From Camelus dromedarius (Eukaryota): 64,000 bases of DNA. The stretch covers positions 93,310,001 through 93,374,000 of the forward strand of contig NC_087439.1 of NCBI RefSeq assembly GCF_036321535.1, in the 5' to 3' direction. This document shows positions 23,700 to 36,740 of the stretch, one piece after another. Made by a program: the position numbers and the translations under genes. The stretch's first letter is position 1. Each line of letters starts with the position of its first letter. The notes under the pieces were generated by a model, which was not told the DNA's origin, did no database searches, and worked only from the letters and a program-made list of their open reading frames with translations.

Positions 23700-24060
23700 G
23701 TGCAGGATTGGTGAGTCAAGGGCATAAATATTTAAAATTTTAAAATCTGCTCTACGTTGCATTTTTTTAAGAGGTTGTAGTATTTCACATGCCCACCAGC
23801 AGAAGGGAAAGAGCATCCTTCCCTTTACCCTCTCTAGTCCCGGCGTTTATCATCGACGAGTGAAAAACTAGACGTTCAGACTTGGTTTCAGCTTTCCAGT
23901 CTTCTTTATTGGCTGGATTTCTTCTGTGTGTTGCCTGGTCATAGTCGTTGACGGTGTTTATATTTGAATGTAATTTCTTTTGTCCCTCACTTTATAAAAG
24001 ATTTTTGTAGGTTAGTAAGACGAATCCTATGCCCATCCTACCACATAAATTGTTTTCTTA
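23700..24060 (-). mobile_element. Ancient L1 (L1ME-like) 3' fragment
   Basis: gagtcaagggcataaatatttaaaatttt...ggttgtagtatttcacatgcccaccagcag, an antisense L1 3' UTR pattern. Confidence 0.55.
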
Positions 24061-24477
24061 GCCTGTAGTATGCTGCTTACTTTCTTAATGATTATTTTTG
24101 CCAGCTATAAAGCATTCATTTCCTCTGCAGCCCACGTTAATGTGGCTTCCAATTTTTGTCATTCCACTCAAACTGCTGCTGTCAATGTTCCCAACGGCCT
24201 GCGCGTCCTAAAATTTAATATGGAATTTTCTGTCCTTGTCCTGTTCAGCCCGGTTATAAATCCTTTATTTAACCTCTCAGAGCCTCGGTTTCCTTTTTGT
24301 ATGTAAATATGAGAAAGCACCACCGCCTCTGCAAGCTGGCTGCAAAGATGAGGAAGCGTTCGTGCGCAGGGCCTAGCGCGGTGCCTGCTGCCCCGGCGCT
24401 CAAAAGCCTGCCCGTCCACTTGTCCTCCGTGTGCTCTGGGCCCAGCACCCCGGGGGGAAAGGCTGCTGTTCATCGGG

Positions 24478-24555
24478 AGAAGGAGGAGGAGGAGGAGAAG
24501 GAAGAGGAAGAGAAGGATGAAGAGAAGGAGGACGAAGAGGGAAAAAAAGAAGAAG
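24478..24555 (+). repeat. GA-rich (GAG/GAA) simple repeat
   Basis: gagaaggaggaggaggaggagaaggaagaggaagagaaggatgaagagaaggaggacgaagag. Confidence 0.9.
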
Positions 24556-25289
24556 CAACAGTCAGCACCAATGGTGGTGGCTCGGTGTGTCGCCGGCGTT
24601 GTGCGAATCGCATCTCAGGGCAACAGCCCAACCTGGGGGTTCCAAATATGAATAGCATCGGTAACAATAACAAAAGCCATGAAGGTTTACGGAGAGTTGC
24701 CTGCGCTTAGACGCCTCGCTGAGTGCTTCAGCAGGAAGGATGTGACACAGACAAGGCACCTGGCGTGTGCTGTGCAGGGACCTGTGATCACTCGCATCAC
24801 CACTGCCTCTCTTCTTTCACAGGCAGCATCCTATGGAACAACCCCTCTGCTTCCAGGCAGATGAATGGGCAGCACGGACCGACCTGTGCATCCTGTCCCC
24901 ATCAAGGGGCCTGAAAAAGCCTTCTTTACTCCAGAATGAGCTGTCAGGGGCCAGACGGAGACTCATGGGAAGTCCTGCCCCACAGGAGAAGGCTTTCCGG
25001 GGGCAGAGCACTCTCCACGAAGCCGGCTGTGTTTGGACCCTCACTGGGTTGGCCTAACGTTTAAAAGTTGAGGCAGTTCACCTAGAAATAGGGATTTTTC
25101 AGCCTCTGTGGACAAGTCGGCTGAGCAGCTCTCAGTGTTTCTCCACCAGAGGCTCCACTCCTGACACCAGCCTGGCCCCAAAGGCCTCTGGGGTCCCAAC
25201 CGCTGAACCCAGAGCCCTCAGGAGAGAAGCTGCTCCGTGACGCAAACATACACACTCTACTAACCAGAGAGAACTTCTAGAAAACACCT

Positions 25290-25800
25290 GCTCAGTGTTT
25301 TCTGTTTGGCTGAAGAAGACACGGCTGTGGTTTAAGTCTCCGTACAAAGAGGTTAAGAAAGAACCGTCCTGGAAACAAGCTTGGAGCTGTGAAGAACGGA
25401 GGCAGATATTAAATTCACCCGAGAGGAAAAAAATCAAGCTCCTTATGGGAGGAAATCAAATCAGCAAAGCTGAAGATGAACTTGAGCAACCTCAGAAGCG
25501 CACAGAGGAAATGAACACAGAGATTAAACAGAGGAGAAAAATAAGATAACAGGGGCGGAGCACTAACCGCGAAGATCCCGCCCATGCACGGAAGGCACTC
25601 GCGACCAGAAGGCCCTGGAGATGAGTGTGATGCAGTCAGAAGCGGCACTAGAGGGAACTTTGCCCCTGACCTGGGACTGGACTCGCCAGCGACCTCAGAA
25701 GGGAGGGTTTGTAGTTTCTGGGCAACACTAGTGAAAAGAGATGGACACCAAGACAAGGCTGGCAATTTTTTTTTTTTTAATAATTTCGAAAACAGCAAAA
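25290..25800 (+). mobile_element. Ancient L1 ORF1-like remnant
   Basis: aaatcagcaaagctgaagatgaacttgag (coiled-coil region); gaagatcc...ccagaagg...cagaagcggcactagagggaactttgcccctgacctg aligns loosely to the recalled ORF1 RRSNI..GVPE...AEAIFEE..AENFP.L. Confidence 0.45.
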
Positions 25801-26120
25801 GAATCCCTTTGAGCGTACCGTCCGAGAAATGAATAACAGGGAAGTTGGCCTAAAACCTCTCCCCTGCTATATTAAATTAAATCTCTGTTGCCAAGAGGCA
25901 AAAGAGAAGCATCAGCTGAAGCAAAAGTGCCCAGCGCGGGAGTGGCAGACCACGGGCAGCGCAGCAGACAGCTCATTTGTCAGCTTCTCCAGGGTTCGAG
26001 GGGGAGGCAGGGAGGGGTCAGATTTCATCAACAAGCCACTGAATTCGGCAACTTACACAGGAAACAGTTCTTGATGTCTTGGACCCAGAGGCCGTTCCAA
26101 GAGCAAGAATCTGAAGGCTT

Positions 26121-26630
26121 TGCAATAGAGAAGAACAAATCTGCCTCCACATTAGATCCGCTCCCTTGGCTCTACCCCTGTGCGCTGCTTCCTGGGCTGA
26201 GTCCTGCTCGGTCTGCGCCTTTTGTAGAACAGTGTTGCCTAGAGCCTCAGATCTACAGGAGAGCCTGTTCTCAAGGCTCTGACCTGTAAGGGTAGAACAC
26301 TTTTCCATTCACAGGGAGAAAAAAAATCACAGCACAGAGGACAACACTTGTCTTGTTGGAGGTTTACACGTGACCTGACCTATGTGGGCAGCTGCAAGAA
26401 CAAACGATTCCAACATCAAGGTGTTCGCAACCAACCACACCCCCTTCCACCTTTTAGTATAAAAGGAGCCTGAATCCTGACTTGGGGAAGACGGTTCTCC
26501 AGGACATTAGTCTGCCATCCTCTTGGTCTGCTGGCTTTTTGAATAAAGTCGTTACTCCTTGCCCCGACACCTCGTCTCCTGGTTAATTGGACTGTTGTGT
26601 CTGAGCAGAATGAGTTTGGACTCGGTAACA
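26121..26630 (+). mobile_element. ERV1-class solo LTR (cetartiodactyl type)
   Basis: TG...CA termini (tgcaatagagaagaac...ctcggtaaca); TATAAAA 26458-26464; AATAAA 26542-26547; imperfect 4-bp TSD gctt/cctt. Confidence 0.85.
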
Positions 26631-28128
26631 CCTTGAGAGGCCAAACCAAGAAGCTTCCCCACTGGATGCTCTGGCTTCCACTTTTGACCGCTGTGAGGAT
26701 CTAGTGTCATGTCTCCACCAGCTCAGCACAGTCCTTGGGACTGGAATCATACATCACAAAACCTGTGTCACTGGGGGCAGAGATCTAGTTCCTGCTGACA
26801 TCAGGGGGGTGAGCGGGCTGATGTGTCATGATGGATCAGACAGTGGGTGGGGAGTTTTCGCTTAGGCACCAGCTGGGGCAGCGGACTGGATGGAGAGCTA
26901 CGTCGGCACAATATATGCCCCGTGGACTCAATGTGCTCTGTTTGCAAGAGCATCTTTCCAGGCTCTAAAAGCACTAAGGCTGAACCCCAACTCTTTCCTG
27001 GGACCCCAGTATTCATGGACCTTTGCTCCAGAGAAGACAAAAGATCAAAGGGGTCTGTAGGACATCCACTGGATATCCTGCCCCTGAACCCATCACGTGG
27101 ACATCCTCACCGTCCTGACCTCCCAGACTCCCAGGAATGAGCCGTCACTTGGGATGTGGCTGGAGGAGGCTGAGGCCCCCTGGACTTGTCCGTGAGACAA
27201 AATCTCAGCCATCAGCCCCTGAAGGTGGGGCCAACACCAACACCTCCCCCAGTGGAGAGTGCAGCTGGAGCCCGTCCTGTCAGACCGTGCCCGTTTGTAA
27301 CTTCAGCATCTTGAGGATTCCACTTAATCATAGCGTTGCCAGTCTGTCTGTCTTTCTGTTTACACACGACTCCTTTTCAACTGCTATCCTGTGCAGATAT
27401 TTTTTCTAACTTGAAATGTTTAACTTCAAAGGATTATTTTGGCACGAGAAAAAGCAATTTAGCATTTGATAGAATTAAGCAATGGCCCACTGATTTACCC
27501 ACCACTATAAATTATACCTCCTCTTCTCATTTGCCATCTTAGTTCCTAATGAGTTTATCCTCAAACAGGTATTTGTTGATGCCTTGAGAGGGACAATTCC
27601 AAAGCACCCAGAGGCCCACCCCAGCAAGAGCCAAACTGAGCTGAGTTACTCATCGCGTAGATGTCACCTGGGTGCTGTGTTTCCTGTTATCTTTACAGAA
27701 GTGAGCGTGAAGAGAATTGGAGCCGGAGAAAAGAATGAGGTTCTGGCTCGCAACCTACTGAGAAGGAAACAGTGCTTCTAACAAAATCAGTCCTGTTCTG
27801 ACAGTTAACACTCAATTCCCACACACTGTGTGTCATTTAATAAGTAAACTGCTGCTCTTTTTAATGAAGCCAAAAAGATGATGTACGCCGTCTGAAGCAG
27901 GATTGTGTCCCAGAAACAGGGAGGGAGATGCTAATTACAGAATAGTTCACATGGCAACTGCCTGGGGAGAGAAGCCGCCCGTTCTTTGTCTCTGGTGCAG
28001 GAAAGAGAGTTTAAAAGGCAACTTGACATCTTGTTCTGGGTGCCAGGTGGCCCTTTTTATAAGCTGGGTCTCTTTATAGACCCAGCTATGCTGGTGGGAC
28101 CAACACAGAGGACACAGACAATGCAAGG

Positions 28129-28598
28129 TGTCAACTGAAATAAAATGCACAGCCTAAAAGTTTTATTTGGCGGAGGACTTAAGATCGCTCTAAGAGACTG
28201 TTCCACCCAGGCAAAGGAGGAGCCAGGATATATAAGAGTTTTTTGCAGCAAAGACCAGGTAGCCAGAACATCAAAAGATTACGTTAGTTAAAGAAAACCA
28301 GACCTCTTAAGTTAAGGAATTGAGCACTTTGTATGAGAAAGTGCAAATGTCTTGGCTCCTTGAAATCGTTCCTTTGAATGACCACCCAGCTCTCTGGGGC
28401 CGGTCTCCTGTTCGTTCCCATCCTGAGTCCCCTGGGGGGTGCATGTGGGGGTGGCTGCAGAGACAGGGCTGCCGGCTCATCTGCATCCTGAGCTCCCTCT
28501 GCTCACTGTCGGGGGCGGGGGGTGGGGGTGGCAGGTGACGACCCGATGGCCACAGCATTCTTTGTTTCTGATAAGGCTGGCAATGTGTTTCGTTCACA
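28129..28598 (-). mobile_element. ERV1-class solo LTR (cetartiodactyl type)
   Basis: tgtcaactg...gttcaca termini; minus-strand AATAAA at 28162-28167 and a TATA-like tatata; 4-bp TSD aagg/aagt. Confidence 0.85.
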
Positions 28599-29329
28599 AA
28601 GTGAGCACCTAATGGAAGAAACACCTGAATCTCTTCGGCCAGCTTCATCCGCCAGCAGCCAGGTGGCTCCAGTTTGCCCCCAGGGACTGCAAAATCAGGA
28701 GTCCTCTGTTCCTGGGGAAGCTGGACACTCGGAGGGCTAAGTGAGCCGCGGGTAGGTGTGGCCATTCTACATTGAAAAGGCGTAACGAGCCATCAGTTAA
28801 CTCTGGGACTGGGGTGTGGGTGTTGGGGCGCAGCAAGGTTGCCCCTCCCAGTCCTGGCGCCGCTCTTACTGGTATGGAAGAGCCGTGGAACCAGGAGCCT
28901 CCCAACAATGTTGCACGCTCTTTGCTGTAACCTCTGAGAGGGCCAGCGCCCGCCGTCGGCCCATCTACGGGGAGTCCGTGTTTCCATGCGTGCGAGCTTC
29001 TCCTTTGTCGGCGGCCTGAGTCCACTTTGTCCTTCTCAGGCCATGGGCTCTAGATGAGGCTGACTCTGTCTCGGGCTCTAAGACTGAACATGGGGCCTGG
29101 AGGAAGCCAGTCATCACTTTGCACCCCTGGGGTCAGACTGGTTCAGTGATGGACACATGACCCAGAACAGGTTTATTGGAACCAATAAGATTTACTTCCT
29201 GAGCTTTCGTTTGAACGACTGGGTGGAGGGTTTCTTCCCCAGTGGGTACACACGGCATGAGGTCTGAGCAGCCATTCTTTTAACAACATGATGTTCCCTT
29301 TTCAAATTCCTAAAATTGATCATATTTAC

Positions 29330-29770
29330 TGCTTTTTTGTCCTGTTCAGTCTGACAGATGTATTGACTATTTACATAACAAGCTTTTGGGTTTATGGATT
29401 TTCTCAATTGTATTTCTATCCTCAATTTCATTGATTTTTGTTGCTAATATTATTTCTTTTCTTCCGTTTGCACTGGGTTTAATTTGCTCTTTTTTTCTGG
29501 CTCCTTGAAGTATAAGCTTAAATCACTGAGTTGAGACTTTTCTTCTTTCCTAACTTAAGCACTGAGGGCTATAAGTCCCCTTAAGTGCTGGTTTGGCCGC
29601 ATCCTACAATTTTGATATGGTTTTCATTTTCACTCACTCCGAAATATAATCTAATTGCTGTTGTGTCTTCCCCTTTGACCCATGGATTCCTTAGAGGTGT
29701 GCCATTCAACTTCAAGCACTCAGGGATTTCCCAGATATATTTCTCTTGTCATTTTCTAGTTTGATTCAGC
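29330..29770 (-). mobile_element. Old L1 ORF2 fragment
   Basis: T-rich antisense L1: ttttctcaattgtatttctatcctcaatttcattgatttttgttgctaatattatttcttttcttccgtttgcactgggtttaatttgctc. Confidence 0.8.
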
Positions 29771-30154
29771 TAAGCCCTGCAGTGGAGGCGGGGGAGGGTC
29801 CAGATGGGGTGTCACTTCTTTGTCCTGGAGGCTGCGGCTCCCCTCCATCAGGCTGCACCATGAGGGCGAGTTTCTCATGCTTCCTGACCTACCTCCATCT
29901 TTCTGGTGAGCACCCCATGAGGTCTGCAAAGCAGAGCTGGCTAGTGGTGTGAACTCCTCTTGTGTCTGCCGCTCACAGGGGATCTGTGCTCCCACACTGG
30001 TCCACACGTAGCCTTTAGCATGATGTTAAACGTTTTAGCTTAATTATTTTTGTCTGGCTTATCTGGCATCCAACTGCTTCAGTCCCAGGTAAGCAAGGGC
30101 TTACATCCTGTCTCTCTTGGAAGATCCTCCTCCTTCAGTCTTTCCCCCCACCTT

Positions 30155-30460
30155 TTTTTAAAAAAAAAATGGAGATAAAATTTATATAATATAATATTAA
30201 CCCCTTTAAAGTGTACAGTTCAGTGGTACTTAATGCATTCACAGGATTGTGCAACCATGACCTCTATCTAGTTCCCAAGCGTTTTCATCAGTCCAAAAGG
30301 AAACTCAAACCTAACAGACAGCCACTCCCCACCCTCCCCTGCTCCCAGCCTCTGGCAAACAAATCTGCTTTCTGTCTCTGTGGACTTTCCTGTTCTGAGT
30401 ATTTCCTATAAATGGACTCATACAATACGTGACCTTTGGTGTCTGGATTATTCCTTAGAA
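30155..30460 (-). mobile_element. Old L1 3' end
   Basis: ttaaagtgtacagttcagtggtacttaatgcattcacaggattgtgcaaccatgacc...ctctggcaaacaaatctgctttctgtctctgtggac. Confidence 0.85.
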
Positions 30461-33217
30461 TTTCCTTAGTGTGTTTGCCCTGCAGTCGCAGCTCTCTGGT
30501 GATGTTAAGAAAAGTTATGATTCTGCAGATTCTCTAGTGTATTGCTGTCAAGGTGACTTTTCCATCTTTCTGCATCCTAAGCAGAAGCAAAAGGGTCAAC
30601 ACAACCCTTTTGAAATCTTCCCCAAATCCACGTTCTCTCCTTGAATTGACAGATTTGCTGTTACCTGAAGCAACTTCTTGATTAAGCTTTGAGGTTTTTG
30701 GTGTTTTGTCATTGTTGTTGTGCCCGAAGGGCTATAAGATCATGTGTAAAATCTTCCTCCACTTTTGCAAAATCACAATAAAAGGCACTGTCTGATGGAT
30801 TGTCTTACACCCCTGAGCGTGTATGAGGATCAACTTAATGGACTCCCCGTGGATTTTAGCGTCAGAAAAATGTCTGCTTTCAATAACCAAGTTGGCTTTG
30901 TCTGATCACGTAATGAAAAACGTAAAACTTATCATGGCTTCTTTATTGTTGGCTGTCAAGAGGCTACAGTTAGCTTTCGATTGGATTAACAACCAATTGC
31001 AAGTGTCTGGAATATTTATTTCTCCTCTTTTTCCAAAATATTTCTGATTTTTAAATTCAAATTTTATTTTTCTGAAAAAGAAAGTTAAAACAAACAGGCA
31101 GTTAGTATGATAGCAAACATTTGTATTTTCATAATCTATGTAGGTAGATTGCTTTAAAATTATGAAAAACTTAAAATAAAGTTGTATAAAGCTGTCACAG
31201 ACGTATTCCACATCAGTACATATAGGACACGTTTCTCTGCAAGTTTTCTCAAGAAAATGTATACACTTGTGATAGATTTCAGTCAAGTGGACTAAACGCA
31301 TAATAGGGCAATTAAAGTATGTTATTTATGGAAATCGTAGGAAGGATTAGTAATGGGCTATTTTTTCATTGTTCTTTAAACATCCGTATTGTTAGAACAT
31401 CCAAACATGTTTCACTTCTATTATAATAAAAGAACAAATGTGTAAGGAGAAGAATAAACAAAAGAATCCACACACGCAACTGGATGCAAAGTGCAGCCAG
31501 CTTGAAGCCCTCGGGAGCACGACAGCAATGGACCTGCAGCCACCGGATACCCTCGTCCCTTGTCCCTGGAGGGCCCCTCCTTTCTAAGGGTGCCTTTCCA
31601 CTGCCTGAGATTCAGCAAACAGGTCCCCGTCTGCCGGGCATCCAGGCCGAGGCCCGGGGGGATGGGGTTGCAGGAAGCTGTCATGAATGAGCCGGAAGAC
31701 CCTTGCCAATGGGGAGAGTCTAGATCCGACTGTCTGCCTACTGGCAGTTTCAGACTTGTCCCCTGGGTCCCGAATGTGGCAGATCAACGTCGAAGCAAAT
31801 TAAATACACGAGGCCTCTAACAAACAATGTCCCTGGACAAGCCTGGATTTTAATTCTATTACATAAATTCCACTAAAGGCATCTTTTAACGGAAGAAGTC
31901 ATGGCAGGGCTTGTTAGTCATGGGCGATACTCAAAGGCAGGCCACAGAGAGAGAAATTCTCTTTTTAGCTAAAATCATGGACATCTTCACTGCCTCTATT
32001 TACAAGCGCCCACCACACGGCTTCCCTGGAAGGGCTTCTCTGAGCTCCTCGGGTCCTCTGTGATGACTTCCTTTTTGAAAAATTCCCACTTCGGTGTGAT
32101 AGGCACGTGTCGTCAATAGTTAACACACACACGTTTCTCAAACACACAGATTTCTCGCTCTGGAACACGTTGTTATTATCCGAAGGCACGGTTCAGCCTT
32201 GTAGTATGAATGGAAGTATTTTTGGTTTTGAATCTTTTTTTTTATTCATGAGTAATTCAGGGCTGCCTGACTGCCAGGCTTCCTACAGTTGCAGAGAACG
32301 CAGGTTGGGGATGTAGGCTTTGAAAGTCAGTCTAAATATTTTTAAATGAATTGCATAATGGTGGTTGGGGTAAGGGACTGAATAAAATAAAACTTCCATG
32401 ATTGGCATAGTGCAACTTCATGAAATTAGAAGGGCATTTGCAGAAGTGCGGGTCATGAGACACCCGAGTGCACCTGAGATCCTTTACATGGGTGACGAAG
32501 TCAAGGTCACCCCACACACAGCATGCGCTGACAGACAACAGTTGCCTTCATATCGCCCAAGATTTAAGAGACCCATGATGCTCTGCTGTGTAAGTTTCTA
32601 TGATGTATCCATCCTAAGGCAATAGGTGTACTGTGTACTTAAAAAAAAAAAACAAAAAAACAAAAAACACTGGTTCATGAATAAACAGTGGGTCTAATGC
32701 AAAACCCCTCAGGCTAGAGATTGAATTCAGAGCCAGCCACTCCCCTGAACGCCCTTCCCCAGCCCTTCCCTCAGTGTATTTAGAAAAAGCAAATTCTATT
32801 CAACAAGCAGCATCTCTCAGCCAGGAACCTGAGATGCAGTGTTTCCTGGGCCTTAGAACAAGTCTACTCTAAAATCCCAGAAAGAGAAGGAAAGCAATTA
32901 GTGGGGGGTAAAGTAACAGACAACATAATAATAAATATGGATTTTCCCGGCTTACATTCATCCTCACAGCTGATTTCACATTACAGGCATGTGAGAAGCT
33001 GGCTCTGTGTCTTTGCAGCAGGAAAAGTCCCCTAAAGTCTAAGCTGGCTTCCATCTCTGGTTCTGCAAAGGTTCATGGACACCTTCGCATTTCTTAGCTG
33101 AGAAGGACATCTGTTGGGAGTAGGGCCTGGAACCCACCACGGTCACAGACGGGACCTGCTGTTGTCAAGAGGCAGTTGCTTCTACGGTTTCCTCCTACGA
33201 TAAATAGGAGGCACTGC

Positions 33218-33853
33218 TGAAACCAACCAAGCAGGACCCTGGGGGCCTTCCTGGGAGCAGACCCTTGTATCCCTTGCCTCTTGTTTGTAGAGGGCCTTTA
33301 GCCTCCTCGGCCTCCCCAGAGTTCCAAAGAACAAATTTAATCAGAGAAGTGAGAAAATGCAAAAACAAAGGAAAACAGTTAAGCCAGACAAAATGGTCAT
33401 AGTTTAGCTATAAAACAAAGTCAAGGACCTTTAGTTCCTCCTCAAGGGCTATAGATCATATTCTGAACCATATTCTTGCTCTGTTTTGCAGACAGTGAAA
33501 CCCCCATCAGATGGAAGAGGTTAACTGCAGGCTGACCACCTGCATGGAGACTCCAGACTGGCTGGAATCAGGTTGTTGATGGAGATTCCCGAAACTACCC
33601 CATTACCTCACCACCAACCAGTCAGAAAGACACCTCTTTGCTGATCACGTACCCCACAACCCTCATCCCCAATACTGCCCTTAAAAACCCTTCCCTGACA
33701 GTCATTGGGTGGTTCCAATTTTTTGAGCATGAGCCACCCGTTCTCCTTGGTTGGTGCCTGCAGTAAACACTGTGCTTTCCTTCACCACAACCAGGTGTCA
33801 GTAGCTTGGCTTTGCTGTGCTTTGGGCAAGAGCGTCCTGGTTTGGACTGTGAG
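33218..33853 (+). mobile_element. ERV1-class solo LTR
   Basis: tgaaaccaaccaagcaggaccctggggg...cttaaaaacccttccc (TATA-like)...agtaaa (33762-33767)...gtgtcagtagcttggctttgctg...tttggactgtg; 3' terminus eroded, no TSD seen. Confidence 0.75.
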
Positions 33854-34239
33854 TCTCCCTACAGCCCCTCAGCCTTCCAACTCAGAAATGACGGCGCCCA
33901 GCAGAACTGCACAACTGATTTAGTTTTTACCTAGAATGAAAAATGTTCATTATTTCACAATTTGAGATGAAGTTTCCGCTACAGCTTTCTTGAGAAGCAG
34001 TACCAGGTCCCTGGAAATTTACCCTCATGCTAAAGTGTATTTACTGGCTCTCACACTCCCCACAGCAGAATCCCCAAACCTCATGCTTTCAGACTGAAGG
34101 AAGCAAGTTGTCTCGAAGCTTAAGTCACTTCACAACAGGGTCTCAGTCAGAGGGGTCCTGGAGTCCGTACCAGTCAGCTCTGCTCACAAAAGCAGATTGG
34201 GAAACACTCTGGGATTTAGCAAGCTCAATAAATACAGCC

Positions 34240-34577
34240 ATTATTATAAATTAGATAATGCAAACTTACAATGAAGTAAATTAAGAGAAAAGTTAACGAG
34301 TGTTCAGAACTCATCCCTTCCTAAATATTGTACTGTAGGTTAATTATCTCCACTTAGAGGTCATTTATATTTTTGTATCTTTAAGATGGAAATACACTAT
34401 GTGACAGTGTGCTGCTGCACCCCTCCCCCCAGCTCTGCGCTCAGTGATATCTGGTTGGTAGCTTGAAATTGCCCTCGTGGGGAATGTTTACACCACAGTA
34501 ATCAGCAAATGCTGCAAACCAAGGCTTTCTTTCCCCTACTGAAGATTCAGTGTTAAACATTTACTAACACACCACTA
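34240..34577. mobile_element. hAT-Tip100 DNA transposon remnant (Zaphod-like)
   Basis: ttggtagcttgaaattgccctcgtggggaatgtttacaccacagtaatcagcaaatgctgcaaacc; TIR-like end tgttaaacatttactaacacaccacta. Confidence 0.7.
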
Positions 34578-36619
34578 TCTCCAACCAGAGCATAAGGGTT
34601 GTCATAGGAGGAGGTACACATTCTGAGACCAGCTCCCACCCTGAAATTCCTGCCGGCACAACAGGTCCAGAACAGGGCTCTTAGTTCCTAGCAGTTGACC
34701 GATGAGTGTACAAACTGAGAGCTTCATCTCATCACAATCGAATGCCCCTGGCTGATGGTCAGAGGAGGCAGAATGACCAGGAGCTGAATCACAGGGACAA
34801 TCAGTGCCTGAGAGATGAAGCAGTCTGTTTTTGCACCTTATTCAAACCCCACGTTGGCCAATGTTCTTTAGCCTCTGAAACTTTTTTTAAATAAAGGTTT
34901 TCTCAGAGGTGCGATACGTAAAGCAGAGGCAAGTGGAGCTGCCCAGTGACAGAGTGGGAAGGGGGCCAGATCCCACTGCCCACACGCTCTACACCTCCCT
35001 TCTAGCTCCCAGCAGGACCAAAAGGGGAACTCCCTGGCTTCGGGGTGCACAGCTGGTAAACCGCCACCACAAAGACTGAATGCTGAGAACAGATGAGTGT
35101 TGATGTTAAAAACACACACACACCCAGCAGCCTTGCTTCCAACCACAGAGGCAGTTTTCCCCAGAAGCTATTTGCAGAGGTGGCTGGTTTCACCTGATAA
35201 CCTGAGTTTCTCCACAATGAGGATCTGTTTCAAATGGAAAGGAGTTTGTTTAATGACTTCTAGGACCTAGTGAAAAGCCTGCTTCCCACACTGACAGCAG
35301 GGAAGAGGCTTACTGAGGTCCACTCTGGCCCCAGGCACAGCATCCTCCAGGGCTAGTGGGTGAGTATGCGTTGTCGGAAGCCAGGAGAGACCACGGGGAC
35401 GGTTAAAAGTCTCGGAAATGTCCGGTTCAAATGTGTAGCAAGCACCTTGTGAGAAAAATCCCAGCCTCACCAGCCATCGCAGGGACACGAGCAAGACCAC
35501 AGATGAGACTGTCCTTGGAGCCCACGGGGCTGTGAATAGGGAGTGAAGTTAATGCCAGATCTGTCCGCAGAGAGGAGAGAAGGGCATACGTGTGGGAACA
35601 CTTCCAACACCTGCTGTGGGCCTTCCTCTTGCCTTCTGAAACATCCTGCCCTCTGTCTATGGAATGTGTAGCTCTGAATTATTTACTTTTACTCAAAAAA
35701 ACAAAAAGTGCGTGTCCTTCTTGACAGTTATCCTCAAAGCCACACATTGGTTGATTTGTGGGCTTCATGGCTTTCTCTCAATGCTGTGAGAGCCTCTAAT
35801 TCTGTACCTTTAAAGCTGTAGGAAGGGCCATAGCTTACACTGTCTTCATAGTTAGCCATGTGCACAGAATTCATGGCTTATGTTTCTCGCCTCAAATCTA
35901 AGGCGCTCCAGTATCTAGAACTGACCACGCTGGCTATTCTGTAGATGTGTTTCTTTCTGCTTAGCCTTCTTGGATCGGGGCTGCATGTGTTTCTCAATAA
36001 GCAGTTTGTACTCTGCTACTGCCTGAAGCTCTGATCCGGCCTCTTCCTCCCCATGTTACCATCCACAGAGGCTGGACCTCCTCTCCCACCAACAGCCCAG
36101 TCACCCCCAGTTCCCAGCTCCTGTCCCACTGCCACTGCTGCTGGAGCCAGCTCTTAATAGGACAAAGAATGGGATTGGCTGGGGTGAGAAGAGATGCGGA
36201 GCTGTGAAGAATCAATCATGTTTGACTCAACTTTCGCATCCTAAATTCAGAGAGAATCACTCTGGTTTTATACATCAGTCTCTTATGAGTTGGACAAGTA
36301 TGTGTCATTTTACCCTGTCTACTCTCTTCAGGTAAAAATCACCCTTTTTAGGGCAACGGAATTGGGGGCCTCTTTGCCGAGGCGAACTCTGCATTTATTT
36401 CATTTTGTCTTTATAGGAAACAATACTTGTCCCAAATTTTAGATTCTCGTGGGGGGAGTGGAAAATTCCACTTAGGCTCTATGGTCCCAGGCTGAACTCT
36501 CCTTTCCAGTCCAAACAAGGACGCCTGAAATAAGCCCCTGACCCAGGTACTGGCCTGGACCCTAGCAGGATGGACTTTCATATCCGGTCAGCTAGCCTTC
36601 CTCCAGGACAGGCCCTGAG

Positions 36620-36740
36620 ATGGGCCTCGATGGAGAAGGGTCAGAAATTGGACCCAACACCCCTAGTTCCTTGCACAGACAAACACATCCAATTCCAATT
36701 TAAACAGGAACTGAACTATGAAAAACATTTTACCCCTGAG
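36620..36740 (+). mobile_element. Ancient L1 ORF2 fragment
   Basis: Translates KLDPTPLVPCTDKHIQFQFKQELN, compared with L1 ORF2 [21 protein letters not shown]. Confidence 0.5.

Noticed and set aside
24297-24710. 137-aa ORF with an acidic poly-E/K stretch
   Set aside because: The acidic stretch is a GA simple repeat; the flanks are MIR-like or unique with no coding signal
27042-27051. Perfect TCF/LEF site agatcaaagg (another catcaaag near 63400)
   Set aside because: Isolated short motifs are expected by chance in 64 kb
28062-28087. Perfect 10-bp stem hairpin agctgggtct-ctttat-agacccagct
   Set aside because: About one such stem is expected by chance in a window this size, and there is no supporting context
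32444-32589. Candidate exon with an open frame and a gtaagt donor
   Set aside because: The acceptor lacks a polypyrimidine tract, the peptide is unrecognised, and its start phase does not fit the candidate exons at 10742-10814 or 22467-22575
36457-36472. agtggaaaattccact quasi-palindrome matching the NFAT5/TonE consensus
   Set aside because: Tempting for a camelid, but the degenerate consensus occurs several times per 64 kb by chance and this is a single site
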